From Octopus sinensis (lineage: Eukaryota): a DNA stretch of 64,000 nucleotides. Under the pieces are notes generated by a model. It did no database searches and was not told the DNA's origin. It saw only the letters and a list, made by a program, of their open reading frames with translations. The position numbers and the translations under genes are program-made. Every line of letters begins with the position of its first letter. Position 1 is the stretch's first letter. Of the stretch, positions 35,136 through 47,731 are shown one piece after another. The stretch spans positions 62,001-126,000 of the forward strand of contig NW_021833116.1 of NCBI RefSeq assembly GCF_006345805.1. The letters are read 5' to 3'.

Positions 35136-35516
35136 GAAAAATAAGTTATAGTTATTATTGAAGTGATGGCAAGAAACAATCGAGAAGGTTCTTCACTCCG
35201 TAGAAAGTAACTTCTACGAAAACGTTTTCTGTGTCCAAGAATATGTCGTCAGCCATATCCCCTGGGCACACAGCAAACAAGGCGGAGCGTAAGAAAGTCG
35301 ACAAATACCAAACTCTCTTGTGTCATGTGGTAGGCAGTTATGTACTTTTGTTAATGGGGAGTTATTTCCGCACTTGAGACGAGTTTGGTGCGTCAAAATA
35401 GCATTCCTCTAAGTCTTGGGGAAGAACAGAGTGTCAATTTTTCTCTTTGATTTTGATCAGCAAACTGTCATTTTGGTATTACATTTATGTCTTGATAATT
35501 CGGGAATGGCGTAAAC

Positions 35517-37070
35517 CAGGGGTGTCAAACTCATTTCTTCCGCGGGCCGGATTAAAAAAATTTTAAACTCCGCGGGCCAGACTATTTATTTCTGATTTAA
35601 CAAAATTCATACTATGATTTTTAATTTATAATATTAATTTAAAATCAGTTAACAACACATTTATTAATTTTTATAATTAAAATATGTTCCAGAAACTTGA
35701 CATCTTTTTTCTTCATAATAGGGTCAATATCTGGAGTGAAATCCTGAGTTACCGTCAATCTTAGAATCCCACTTAGATGAGTGTGGGTGAGCCTTGATCG
35801 AAATTTTGTTTTGTTTATTTTCATTAAAGAGAAAAGTTGTTCACATAGATATGTACTTCCAAACATTGACAAGATTTTCGCAGTTAAAGCTGTTAAGTTG
35901 GGATACTTCGGCAAGAGATATTTATAAAAGGTGTCTAAGCCCACCATGGTATATTTATTCTTCAGATCTGAGTCACATTTCAAATCAATAATTTCCAATT
36001 GTAAGTTAGCTGAAAGATGTGTAATATTTGCAGTGAATGGTGATCGAAAAACATTAAATTCTTTTTCAAATTCACGAAAAATTTTAAAACGTGTCTCAAA
36101 CTGTTGAAGTAATTCTGTTATTTTTACTTTATAACGACTCATATCAACATTCGATGTGGTGGAATTTACATTTTTTAAACAAGAAAAATGCTCAGTGTTT
36201 CCCACTGTCAATTGTGTCTCCCATAACATTAGCTTCACGGTGAAAGCTTGTATGCATTCGAAATATTGTGTAACAACTTTATTTCGTCCTTGCAAATTTT
36301 TGTTAACCGTGTTCAGGTGTTCTGAATATCCACCAAAAATCCCAAGTCTAGCAACCAATCAAGAGATTCCAATTCTGGTAAAGGTTTGTTTGTTGCAAAC
36401 ATGAAGTGTTTGATTTCTTTTTTTAAATCGAAAAATCTCTTCAATACCAAACCTCGACTTAACCACCTTACCTCGGAATGATATGGTAGTCCGTGAGTAA
36501 AACCAATATCACTCAGAAAATTGTCAAATTGACGGCGATATAGACCTCTAGCACGGATAAAATTTACTGTCCGGACGACCACCTCCATTACATGGTCCAT
36601 TTTTAACGATTTGGTGCACAGTACCTCCTCCTGAAGTACGGATACCTTCTCCGCCGGGAACATCTTGACGTCAGCTTCAGAGCCGGGCTCCGCAGCTAAC
36701 CTGGCAGAAACGCTGAAGATCAAAAAATACGGCGCCTTATCGCACCGTTATACCTTCGCCCCGGTCGCAGTGGAGACGTCGGGTGTCCTCGGTCCCAGGA
36801 CTAAAAAATTTATCATTAAATTGGGGAATCTGGCAAGCAGAAGGAAAAACGATCATCGAGAACGGACATGGCTTTTCCAACGCATATCAATAGCCATCTT
36901 GCGTGGGAATTGCCATTCCATCTTGTCCTCTGCCGATAATTAGTTACACAAAAAATTAAAAGTTAAATAATAATTTTAGATTTAAATACACTTTTAAACT
37001 TTTACCGCGGGCCATTTGAGATCGTCCGCGGGCCAGCTCTGGCCCGGGGGCCGTATCTTTGACACCCCCG
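35517..37070 (-). mobile_element. hAT (SPIN/Buster-like) element with 3' half of transposase and an internal CRE fragment
   Basis: TIRs CAGGGGTGTCAAA / TTTGACACCCCCG, subterminal CCGCGGGCC repeats, 8-bp TSD GCGTAAAC (35509-16, 37071-78). VRWLSRG...DLGFLVDI...LQG...FGSTYLCEQLFSLMK. Confidence 0.95.
36638..36950 (+). mobile_element. CRE-like 3' fragment inside hAT
   Basis: DTFSAGN...FAPVAVETSGVLG...QRISIAILRGNCHSIL. Confidence 0.9.
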
Positions 37071-37149
37071 GCGTAAACGAAGTACTTATGTAGGATATAT
37101 TCTCTAATTCGACAACTAATAAAGATATCTAAAAGTAAAAAGATAGCCA

Positions 37150-37514
37150 AGCTAATTAAAAGCCTCACGAGACACCCGGCCAGCCTCGCGAATGGCGAAG
37201 CCGTTCCCTCGGATCACAGCAATCGACAGACGTTCCAGGAGCCAAGAATACTCTCTTGGATCGTGGCTAGTCCTTGAAATCCGTCGACCGAGCGAGCGAA
37301 GGAAGCGGAGTGTTTTGGGGCCGAAGATCCTGGAGGACTCCACGGCAATTAGAGTAAAGAACAGCGAGTTGGAGAGGTGGCCGTACTTGAGAATCTTTCG
37401 CTCCTCGGCCTGCCTCGAAGCGTGCCCAGGATTGGCGGCGGACAGAGCGAGATTTCCCAGCGAGAACGTCTCCGAACAGGTAGAATCCAAATAAGGGATT
37501 TCCCCTGCTCGTAT
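37150..37514 (-). mobile_element. CRE-like 3' fragment nearly identical in coding sequence to copy 2
   Basis: Only 5 amino-acid differences over about 110 codons versus the end of ORF 41278-41910. Confidence 0.92.
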
Positions 37515-38759
37515 CGACCTATCAATAAAAAATAAAAATATTCTCTAATAGTGGCTAACTGAACTTTTTTCTAATTCAGGCTGAAGAATTTCGAAATATC
37601 TATTTCAATCAATTTCTAGAAACATTTTTCACGCAAAAAAGAAATAGATCGTTGACTTCTCTAAACTTTTTACAAGGAAAATATATGTACTGTTTATTCA
37701 CAGGTTGAGATGTATACAATGTAATTATGCCAATACCTTAAATAGGTTTACTAAATTTATATCATTTCAGTTTAGGTTTGACAATTTTTATATCAATTTT
37801 GATACTTTTTGCATCAATTTTGACAATGAAAAGTTCAATTTTGACAATGCAATAAGCAATATTGAAATTTTACATCAGTTTCGACAATGTGATATTCAAT
37901 TTTAACATTTTTTAGATCAATTTTGACAAATATTTTTATAGCGGACACACATAAGGACTTTTTCTATTTGGCTAAATCAAGATGAGAGTTATAGTCTGAT
38001 ATTCACTAACTTATGATCTTGTGATTCACCCTTGTAGATATAACACTGATGCTTCTCGAATTGGTCATTTTTATTCTTGAAAAATTTGTGTCAATTCTGG
38101 AATAAAAGCAATATTTTTTAATTCGGAGTTGCTTTTATGTGAATTTCTTGACACTCAATCTTATTCGACAACTCCTTTCAACTGCAATTCATGATCTACT
38201 TGAAAATAAAGACCACTCGGTTAAATTAGAATTATGATGTATTGATACTTTTTTGGAGTTTTGTTCAAAAGAATCCAAAACTAATCTTTACTGATGACTT
38301 CTTATACAATATTTTTTTGCTTGTTTCAATGTTCACTAATATAAAAAACTAATTTTAGATAGTAATGAAAAACTAAACCATTCATTCGACTGCTAAAATT
38401 AATCTCATTTTTATTGTGAAAGAAATAACAAACATCTTTCCTATATATTTTGTCTCCACATTAGTTGCGACTTTATTTCGTCATTGTGTCCACATTCTCT
38501 TTATATGAATGAGTTAAGGCTACAGCTAAATTTATCTTAGTGATTTTGATTCCGTGACTGTTTTCGACTATCATACTCTCCAGTGTTTTCTTCAACACAA
38601 ATAAGTGAGAAGAAAGTACAAAGAAAATTATAGTGTTTCAGAAATTTCAAAATATGCAATAGAAACAGATTAATGGAATGATCTGAAATTTTCTTTTAAA
38701 AATTCGGTTATTGTGGTTTGTAATATTATGTTGAAAAAACAGAATATAGTTGATAGACT

Positions 38760-41700
38760 AGTTTTGATTAGTTATTAGTTTTGATTGCGCGCACGCGTTG
38801 TTGTTGTGGTGGTTCACTTTTTATATTCATTTGTTCATTTGCTATTTGTTATTCAATTCAATAATTCTTTCTCTCTTTCCATTTCTTTTTGTCATCCATT
38901 TGTTCATTGTTTTTATCTTGCTCTCTTTTTATGTCTTTCTGTTTCCAACCCACTTCTGTTCTATGCTCTACTTGCGAAGTTAGTAACAACCGCAAGAAAG
39001 GGAGAGTCTGTTCTAGTTGCGACAGATTCTTCCACCTTTCTTGCGTGCGTCTTTCCAGGCGCGTTTCTGCCTCTCTCTTAATTGGGACTGTCCTTCCTGC
39101 CGCACTTGCCAGCCTGTTCAGTGTTCCAACCCGCAAGAACTCCCCGAAAAACCGCCATTCGCAACATCCCCGTCTGCCGAGGAAGTTCTCAAATCTATCA
39201 AGCTCTTCCGTCGTCTCCGGAAAATCCCATCCAGAATCCCAAAAGCTGCGCGTATCTTTGCAGCGTCCTCCTTGTCCGCCGCAATCGATAATGCTTTGGC
39301 ATCTGATGGCCATTCCGATTGGCTTAAGCTGTTTTTGCTCGCCTCTTTCGGTCTCGGTTTTGCCCCATTAAGAGCCCGTGTGAAAACCTCCTCCATCTCG
39401 CTGGCTACAACCGTCAAACAAGAATTGGCCTTGTACGATAAGAACTTTTTTCCATCCGGTGGCTGCGGGACCACCTCGCTAGCTCCGAATTTCCCTCTGG
39501 TTCACCATCCCATAATGTGTCCTCTCACGCGAATGACGTCGATTACCTCAACAGAAAGATTAATAGTAAACTCTTGGACGGCGACGTTCGTGGTGCAGTT
39601 AGGCTGGTTGCCTCGACAAGTTCCCTTTTGCCCACGACCCCTGCTGTTTTGAATTCCCTCAGGGAAAAACATCCCCCTCAGCCAAACGACTTCAGGCCTC
39701 AGCCATCCCCTGACACCCTCGCTCTCAATCCTTTTGCTGTCTCGGAAACTCTTGTATTGAATGCCCTGAGGGACTTTTCACCTGGAAGCAGTGGTGGTGT
39801 AGATGGTCTGAGACCAGGTCATCTGAAAGACCTGACGTCTCCCACTACCGCCGAAGCTGGTCGAAAACTCCTACGCTCAATCACCAACCTGTGCAACCGC
39901 TTTATCTCCGGTTCCCTCCCCGATTTTGCTCGTGATATTTTCTTTTCCCCCAACCTTACTGCCCTTGGGAAAAAGGACAACGGCGTGAGGCCCATCGCCG
40001 TTGGGAATATCTTTCGGAGGCTCTCTGCCAACTTCTGTGTCGAGCCATTGTTCCCTGTTTGTCCTCGAAGTTTCTGCCTGTCCAACTCGGGGTCGGCGTT
40101 CCTAACGGCTGCGAAGCTGCTGTCCATTGCGACTTAACTGAATCATTCTAGGAGTTTATTATGGTCAAATTGGAACGTTTCCAACGCATTCAATTCCATC
40201 AGGCGGGACCACCTTCTGGAGTGCTGTCGTGAATTAGTCCCTTCGCCTATCCCCTTGTGCATCTCTCTTATGCTTGCTCAAGTATCCTTATGTTCAACGA
40301 TATACCTATTTCTCTTCGGCCACCGGGGTCCAGCAAGGAGATCCCCTGGGTCCTGTCCTTTTTGCCTTGGGCGTTAACAGTATCGCTCACTCTGTTCGAT
40401 CCCCAGTTAATATATGGTATCTGGATGACGCAACCATTTGCGGTCCCCCCGATGCTGTTTTTGACGACCTTCGTTCTATCCTCCCTTCCCTCTCGGACAT
40501 CGGCCTATCTATAAACGCCGATAAATCCGAAATCGTGAACATTGCCTTAATCCGAGTGACTTCACTGCTTCAATTTCCACGTGCCGAGGCATTCTCTCAG
40601 ATGTCCGGATTACGGACAAATCAAATCTTACGATCCTCGGTACCCCCCATGGGGGCTTCTGCCCTCGAATGCTCACTCTCTGGAAAAATTTCCCACTTAT
40701 CCAAAATGATCGACAAGCTTAAAGTCATCGAGCCTCATGTGGCTCTTTTCCTCCTCCGAAATCACTTTTCCGTCCCTAAGATCCTTTACACCCTAAGATG
40801 CGCACCCTGCTTTCAAAGAGGCGACCTTCTTTCCGACCTTGACAATATCCTCAGGCTCGGTACGAGCTCTCTTTGCAATCTGGCTTTCGACGATCCAGGT
40901 TGGACTCAGGCATCCCTGCCTGTACGCTGGGGCGGCCTTGGCTTGAGATCCTATTCCGATCTTGCCTCCCGGCATTCCTATCCGCTCATCACGCTTCTCG
41001 TACTCTCTCACAGACATCGTTCTTAGAAACCTCCCCGAACGGAAATTGTCTGAAGTTTACTCTGCAGCCCCGTGGTCGGTGGGAGGCTCGGTTTGGTTCG
41101 AAGCTGCCCAATTCTCAATCTGCACACCGTAAATGGGACGAAATCTCTTGTCAGGCAATCTTCGAAGGCCTGCTTCCTGTCTCCAATCAAACACCGTGTC
41201 GCTTGCCTCCGTGCAGGTCGCTGTGAAGGCAGCGGTGTCTGGTTAAAGGCTCTCCCTCTCCTTCCATCGGGAACCTGTTGGACAAGGAATGCCTAAGAAT
41301 TGCAATCTCCCTCCGTGTCGGGCTGAAAATCTGCCAGACGCACAAATGCCGTTGTGGAGGAACTGTTGACGAGTACGGTTTGCATCCCCTCGCTTGCCGG
41401 CGGAGTGCCGGTCGTGCCCCCCGTCACAGTGAACTCAACTCAGTCATACAGAGAGCCCTCGCTTCAGCAGGCATCCCGTCAATCCTTGAACCTGTTGGAT
41501 TGGATAGAGGGGATGGCAAACGCCCTGACGGCATGTCCACCTTCCCCTACGAGCAGGGGAAATCCCTTATTTGGGATTCTACCTGTTCGGACACGTTCTC
41601 GCTGGGAAATCTCGCTCTGTCCGCCGCCAATCCTGGGCACGCTTCGAGGCAGGCCGAGGAGCGAAAGATTCTCAAGTACGGCCACCTCTCCAACTCGCTG

Positions 41701-41974
41701 CTCTTTACTCCAATTGCCGTGGAGTCCTCCGGGATCTTCGGTCCCAAGACACTCCGCTTCCTTCGCTCGCTCGGTCGACGGATTTCAAGGACTAGTCACG
41801 ATCCAAGAGAGTTTTCTTGGCTCCTGGAACGTCTGTCGATTGCTGTGATCCGAGGGAACGGCTTCGCCATTCGCGAGGCTGGTCGGGTGTCTCGTGAGGC
41901 CTTTAATTAACTTAGCTATCTTTAATTTCTTTCTTGCTTTCAGAATTAAATATATTATCGCCCAAAAAAAAAAA
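38760..41974 (+). mobile_element. Full-length CRE-like non-LTR retrotransposon (copy 2), PHD-RT-REL
   Basis: ATG 38931. PHD CSTC...CSSCDRFFHLSC...WDCPSC; RT GVRPIAVG, GVQQGDPLGP, WYLDD; REL KRPDG; stop 41910; poly(A) 41964-74; TSD AGTTGATAGACT at 38748-59 and 41975-86. Several 1-nt frameshifts. Confidence 0.92.
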
Positions 41975-42851
41975 AGTTGATAGACTTGTTTGGATGTAGG
42001 CTATTTATAAAATGAGCTTATTTGGAAATTATTCTATCTCTCTCATTTTTCTTCATACATTGAAATCGAATGTAGCGTTTTCATTCTTTTTGATAAATAT
42101 TTCTTGTCAGCCATGAGGGCAAAAAGGTGGGTCACAAATCTCGTTGAACCTCCAAAGAGGATACCCAACGTGGTTGATCTTAGGTGTTTAATTTAAAATT
42201 TAGAACTCGAAAATCTGTGGTAAATATCAAAGACATACTTGCCTCTATCCAAAGTGAGGTCGATTTTCCCCGAGGGTTTTTACCGAAGAGAGTGAGGAAA
42301 GTAAATGCTCAGCAAGTACTGCAGGAAATTTGCTTCCAAGTGCAAAGAATCAAGGAAACCGGAACGATAAAAATCTAAAGGCAAACCCTTAAAATAGTTA
42401 TTCTGGCTCGGATCGACCTATCAATAAAAAATAAATTAATTCCAACCCAGACTTGAACATCAATGAAGTTACGGATATTATACAGTGTCACATTTAACCA
42501 ACATATCACATGCTAATGCCCCAAAAATTGGAAAACCACAATAGTGAGAATATAAATAAGCTAATTTCAAATAAATTGTTGGCAATATCATTCAAACAAA
42601 ACGCACGACAAGAATGCCAACAGGCATATAATTATCTACTTTTCACAGTGACAAACCTTTGTTTTGAAATTGAATTGATTTTTATCGGAATTTACTAGGG
42701 TTTTGTGGGAATATCGTTTATATATTTTTTTTTATTCAGGTATTATATGACAGTTTTTATTGAATAAAGTTTAAAGGATTTTTAAAAATTTAATATGTTT
42801 TAATAATTAATAAACTTATAATAAATATTATTAGTCTAATTTGTTCTTGTG

Positions 42852-44840
42852 ATGTCCCTCGTAATCGATCTACGAAACAGTAAATACAACTAATTAACCC
42901 CAGAAATAATGGAGGAAATGATTGACCCTCATCGCTACCAACAATCCATCCTCATCCTCGACGAAAGGACCAAACGAATAATGTCCTGCTGCATAAAACT
43001 CCACGAATTAGCCGACAGAGGAATATGCAGTAACCCCACCAACTCATCCCCAGGCGTCGAACGTCTGGAGGCAAGGAGACAACCCCTCTCCATTAACGCC
43101 ATCTACTTCATATCCCCCACCCAAGAGGTACCCCACCTCCTAACCCCAGTCCTTCGCCTACCTCATCGACGACTTTGACTCCAAGCCTGCCTACTCCTCA
43201 GCCTCCGTCTTCTCTCCCGGGGTCATCGGTGATGACGTCATCGCCACTGTGGGGCAAAATGACGTGAGGAAGTACCTCAAAAGGATGACTGAGTTGGATG
43301 TGGATTTTGTCCCTTTCTCTGCCAATGTGGCACTTTTGGACACTCCCAAGTCCTTCCAGGCGTGTTTTGGTGTCCCTCATACTATTTTCCCGCCACAATT
43401 GTTGTCGAATGTGGAGTCATTGGTGTCCTTCTGTGCCTTCCTGAGAGAAGAGCCGAACATTGCCTATTACAAGTGAGACCCCTCTATAACCAGGCCGGGC
43501 ACATGTACCTACAAATTTGCCACGCTGTTGAAGGAGAGACTCGCCTCTCTCGCCAATTTGGAGGCTCAGAACAAAAACGTGGCTATTTTGGGACATTTTT
43601 AGGAGTTTGTGTCACAAAAGTCGCTCATTTTGGTGGTCGACCGCAGCATGGATGTGATAACCCCCATCATCCACTCCCTCAGACTCGAATCACTCGCTTA
43701 TGACATATTGCCAATGGAGGGAAATATTTACACGTTTTTTTCCCGCCATTTTATATTAGGCCGTCGGGAAGTGAGAAAAAAGACGCGGGAGTGGTCCTCG
43801 ACGACTTTCACCAGTTTTGGGCGAAGTACCGCCACCTTCACATCGCGGAGGCCACCCGGTTTGTGGGTCAGTCTAATTGGGAGGGAAATATCCGCGGCCA
43901 TGAAGAGTCTGACCAAGGAGGTCTCCGCGGACACAAAAACGGTGACGGCCTTCGCGGACAAAGTCAAACAAATGCCCTTCTACCGTCGACAACTGTCCCA
44001 GCTGAGTGTCCTCCTCAAAATCGCGGAGGAGTGTGTGGGGTACTGCCAAGGGGGTGGTCAGGCGGCGTGTGTGGTCGAACAGGAGTTGGTGAGTGGGGTG
44101 GATAAGAACGGAGACACAATCCGTGACTTTATGGTGACCATCCTTCCCATCATCTGTGACAAAAAAGTGTCCGTCGCCGCAAAACTCCGCGTTTTTTTTC
44201 TTTATGTCATTCAGAAAAAAGGTTCCTGGCATTTTTGGAGTGTAGGGATTTCTCGGTCGAATGTGGACAGGATATTGGGCCATGCAACCATTCCGTCCTC
44301 TGATCTTGTGGCGGTGGAGAATCTGCAGAAACTTGGCGTGAGGATATTCGACGATGACGTCATTGATTACGTAATAATATATAGGGAGGGGGGATGGTGG
44401 AGCATTACTATCGGAAGTGTCATGTGGATGTAAACCAGGAGGAGGTGTTGGTGGGTACTCGTTGGAAGCCTTCTTTGGTTAATTTGGTGAAGGTAGAGAA
44501 GTGAGTGAGTCATTTGAAGGAGACATTGTCTGGTAAGCTCAATAAGAATATGTTTTCGTTGTTGGAGGGGGGAGTGCCCACTCTGAACACCAGCAAAGTA
44601 GTGAGGTGGGTTGATTGGGTGATTGGTAGTGCGAGGTATGGGGCGTGGGCGTCGAAGGATCCTCGTCGGGGGGAGACGAAGGCTTATTTGATTGTCTACA
44701 TGATTGGAGGGATCACCCCCAGTGAGATCGCGGCCGTGAATGACCTCAATGAGGAATTGAGTGCGACCTGTCGGATTGTCCTTGTGTCTGATTTTATATC
44801 TACCTGGCCTGTATTTCTGGATAATTTACGGTCGCTTTAA
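42852..44840 (+). CDS. STXBP1: Sec1/Munc18 family protein (unc-18/STXBP-like), many micro-introns
   Basis: ILILDERTKRIMSCCIKLHEL...E.RRQPL...AIYFISPT; ILVVDRSMDVITPIIH...AYDIL; WAKYRHLHIA; VEQELVSG.DKNG; SARYGAW; IVYMIGGITPSE. Confidence 0.93.
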
Positions 44841-45389
44841 TTAACTCTAATTAATATTTATTGATGACAATTAGTGTTATTCTCTAGGCTTATTAATTAG
44901 TGGGTATTCAAACATTAGTGGGTTAAGTGTGTTTGTTAGTTTTTGGCATAAAATTTATTTTTGCTATTAAATTTTCAAATTGAACGTCTATTGGTCAAAG
45001 CTACTTGGAGTAAATTGAACATTTAAAAATAATTTAAAATCGATTTATTTTAAGAAAACTTTGACCTCTACATGAACGACATTTTAAACAGTCATAAAAT
45101 CAAATGCTAATTAGTCTTGGGACAAATCACCTTAATTATCAAGGGAATATTAATGCTTTGTAAAATATCCTTTATTCCACAAAAACTGCATTTAAACGAT
45201 TTTGTAATTGCACACAAGTTTTTTACAAGTTTCTTCAATACAAAATAATTTTAATTCCATGATATTTGTTGATGAAGTTTAATTTTATTAACCAAAACGA
45301 AGCTAGATTAGTTTTATATTATAAAAATTTGTTGATTATGTGCTCATACTTTGACTTTTAATTCTTTCCAAAGATTTTCAATTGGATTT

Positions 45390-45660
45390 AGATCTGAGGA
45401 TTGACTTGCCTTCAAGGGTATTAATTAAACGTCCTTCTAGCGATTTTTGAGTTTTTTTGCTGTATGTTTCAGATCATTGTCCTGTTGAAATGTCCAATTT
45501 CCCACAATACCACATTTCTTAATTGACGAAAAAATATTTTTTCCCGAAATATCACAGTATATAGAAGCATTAAATATTCTGTTTATTACATAAAGTTTCC
45601 CAACTCCCAAGAAGGAAAACACCCCCATAGCATAATACTGCCACCGCCATGTTTAATTGT
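45390..45660 (-). mobile_element. Tc1 transposase fragment
   Basis: [10 protein letters not shown]...WTFQQDNDLKHTAK. Confidence 0.85.
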
Positions 45661-45739
45661 TAATATGGTATTTTGTTCTTTAGGTCACACCATAAATCAA
45701 GGATAGAGTTAATCTTGTATGATTGTCTTGAAGCGGCAA

Positions 45740-46780
45740 GGTTTTTGCATTACATAAGTTTGTTTATTGTGTGTCGTCCGTCAAGGAAGATTCGACAAAT
45801 CGGATCGACATTTTTGTCCAGTTTGTTTTGGTAGTCGAAGAATAAAGGATGGTGCCCACAGCGAAATCTTGCAAGTTCGACTCGATCTCTAAGGCTGAGA
45901 TCATTTTCAGCTGTGTATATTTTTTGAGGGTCAAAAATATTGTTTACAGTTAATGCTTTCAAGAAGGACTTTGTTAACAGTTCTTTTATGATCGATGGTT
46001 TTTTGTTAGTGAATGCGTTTAGGATACGAATGTAGTAAAGTCTTGGTGCCTTTTTGACGTTCCTGTCAGGGGTTCGTATTCTCGTAAGATTGCGCCTTGG
46101 ATGGTTTTTGATTATACATTCAGAGGCGAAAAATTGGGTTCCATAAATGTCCATTGGGTTCCATTATCTGATACATCTGGTCGGGCGGAGTAGATTTCAT
46201 ACGACCCATAATGATTTTGAGTGCTTGGTTTAGGATTGATTTTGATTTCTGAAAAGTGTTTTTGACAACAGGGGCGCCCATGATTGACTTGCATAGTTCA
46301 ATGTTTGAAGAATATATTCTTTGTATAGAAATGTTAGGCAGTCTTTATTTTTCAAAGTCGGTTCATGTGAGTGAGCAGAGGGAATTCATGTTACATTTAC
46401 ATTTATAAGTCAGGTTTTCAATGTGTTGGCGAAATCATATGGAGAAATCATAGGTTATCCCGAATATTTGATTTTTTTGTGTGGGAGATTTGAATTTTGT
46501 TGGGTGTGATTGTCGAAATGAAGTTTTGTTCTCGTATATGCATTGTTAGAAGAGGGACTGATGATTTAGTTGGTGATAGAGATAGGCCGTTTAGAGTAAT
46601 CCAGTTGTACATAGTATCAATGAATGGTTGAACATGATGACATGGCGTTATTTGGCCCGTGTTTAATAAATTGATCGTAATATCATCTGCGTATAAGTAC
46701 AGATATATATTTTCGGGTGGTGTAGAAATGGCTATTCGTTAAACAGCAATAGGTCTGGTAGATTGAATAGTTATAATACT
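45740..46780 (-). mobile_element. Degenerate I-group LINE (RT end and C-terminal knuckle)
   Basis: YLYADDITI..., LARFRCGHH...DPICRI. Confidence 0.65.
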
Positions 46781-46809
46781 AGTGTTTTATTTATTTAACC
46801 GCCAAGACC

Positions 46810-47200
46810 ACGATAAGAGTCAAACAAAAGTCACGTGATCCCGATGCACTCGACCAGGGACCTCATCTTCGCTCGGTGATCTTTCCACGAGCCCACAGAA
46901 GATCGCACCGGGCGGCAGGCCGTTTTTGACGGGGCATTTGCTGACGGACCGAGATTCAGCTTGATAAGGTTTTTCAGAGAAGCTGGACCGGGGCGTTCGC
47001 TATCATGCGACCAACGATCGGTTAATCTGAGGGCCTTTTGTTGGGCCTCCTCGATTCGCCTCCTGTTGGACCACGATAACCGCGGGCCCCATGATCCGCA
47101 GGCGTAGGTGATAGATTGTTCGAAGTACTGGCGGTAGATATTCGCCAGTACCGGGTGCGACCCGAACAAGATGTTCCCTTGGACGATCGTAACGAAACTC
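46810..47200 (-). mobile_element. LINE 3' fragment
   Basis: NIYRQYFEQSITYACGSWGPRLSWSNRRRIEEAQQKALR resembles the post-RT region of I-group LINEs. Confidence 0.55.
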
Positions 47201-47731
47201 TTTGGAGAAGATGACAAATCAATTCAAAATTAGTACAGTTTCATTGATCGATATGAAAATGAATTCAATTATTTTATCAAAAAATAAATAAATAACCAAC
47301 TGTCCCAAGACTAATGGCACCTGATATTCCAGCTCTTGAATTAAATATAGGTGCATTTTTATACTTTTTGAAAACTTAAATAAAAACAGTTATGTTAAAG
47401 AAAATGAAATTCTGTTAAAAATCAACAAGTGTCACAAGACTAATTTGACTTACTTTAAAGCGTCAGGCGTTGCACGGATCTAACCCTTGGCTGCTGATCA
47501 AGAGGTCATTTCTTAATTTGGCCATAAAATTTGCCAAAAATGGCCAATTTACAAGGGTTCACTGTATTTTTCAAACTTATTGACTACAAAGACATTATGG
47601 TCACTTTAGAGTTGTGCATCATTGATAGTTTATTAGCAAACAGGTCGTATTCATGCATTTTCTCTATTTTTATTTGTTTTAATAATTTTAGAGTTTATCC
47701 CAATTAGCATGATTTTACTGAAGTCTGATTT

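Noticed and set aside
37730-37930. Degenerate 21-bp repeats (CAATTTTGACAA) as a coiled-coil gene
   Set aside because: Short, interrupted by stops on the plausible strand, and low complexity.
47461-47567. GGGTTAGATC motif shared with 57073-57105 as a tRNA-derived SINE head
   Set aside because: It sits just inside a Tc1-like terminus (TACAGTGAACC, minus strand) and has no A box. Better explained as a remnant of a DNA-transposon end.
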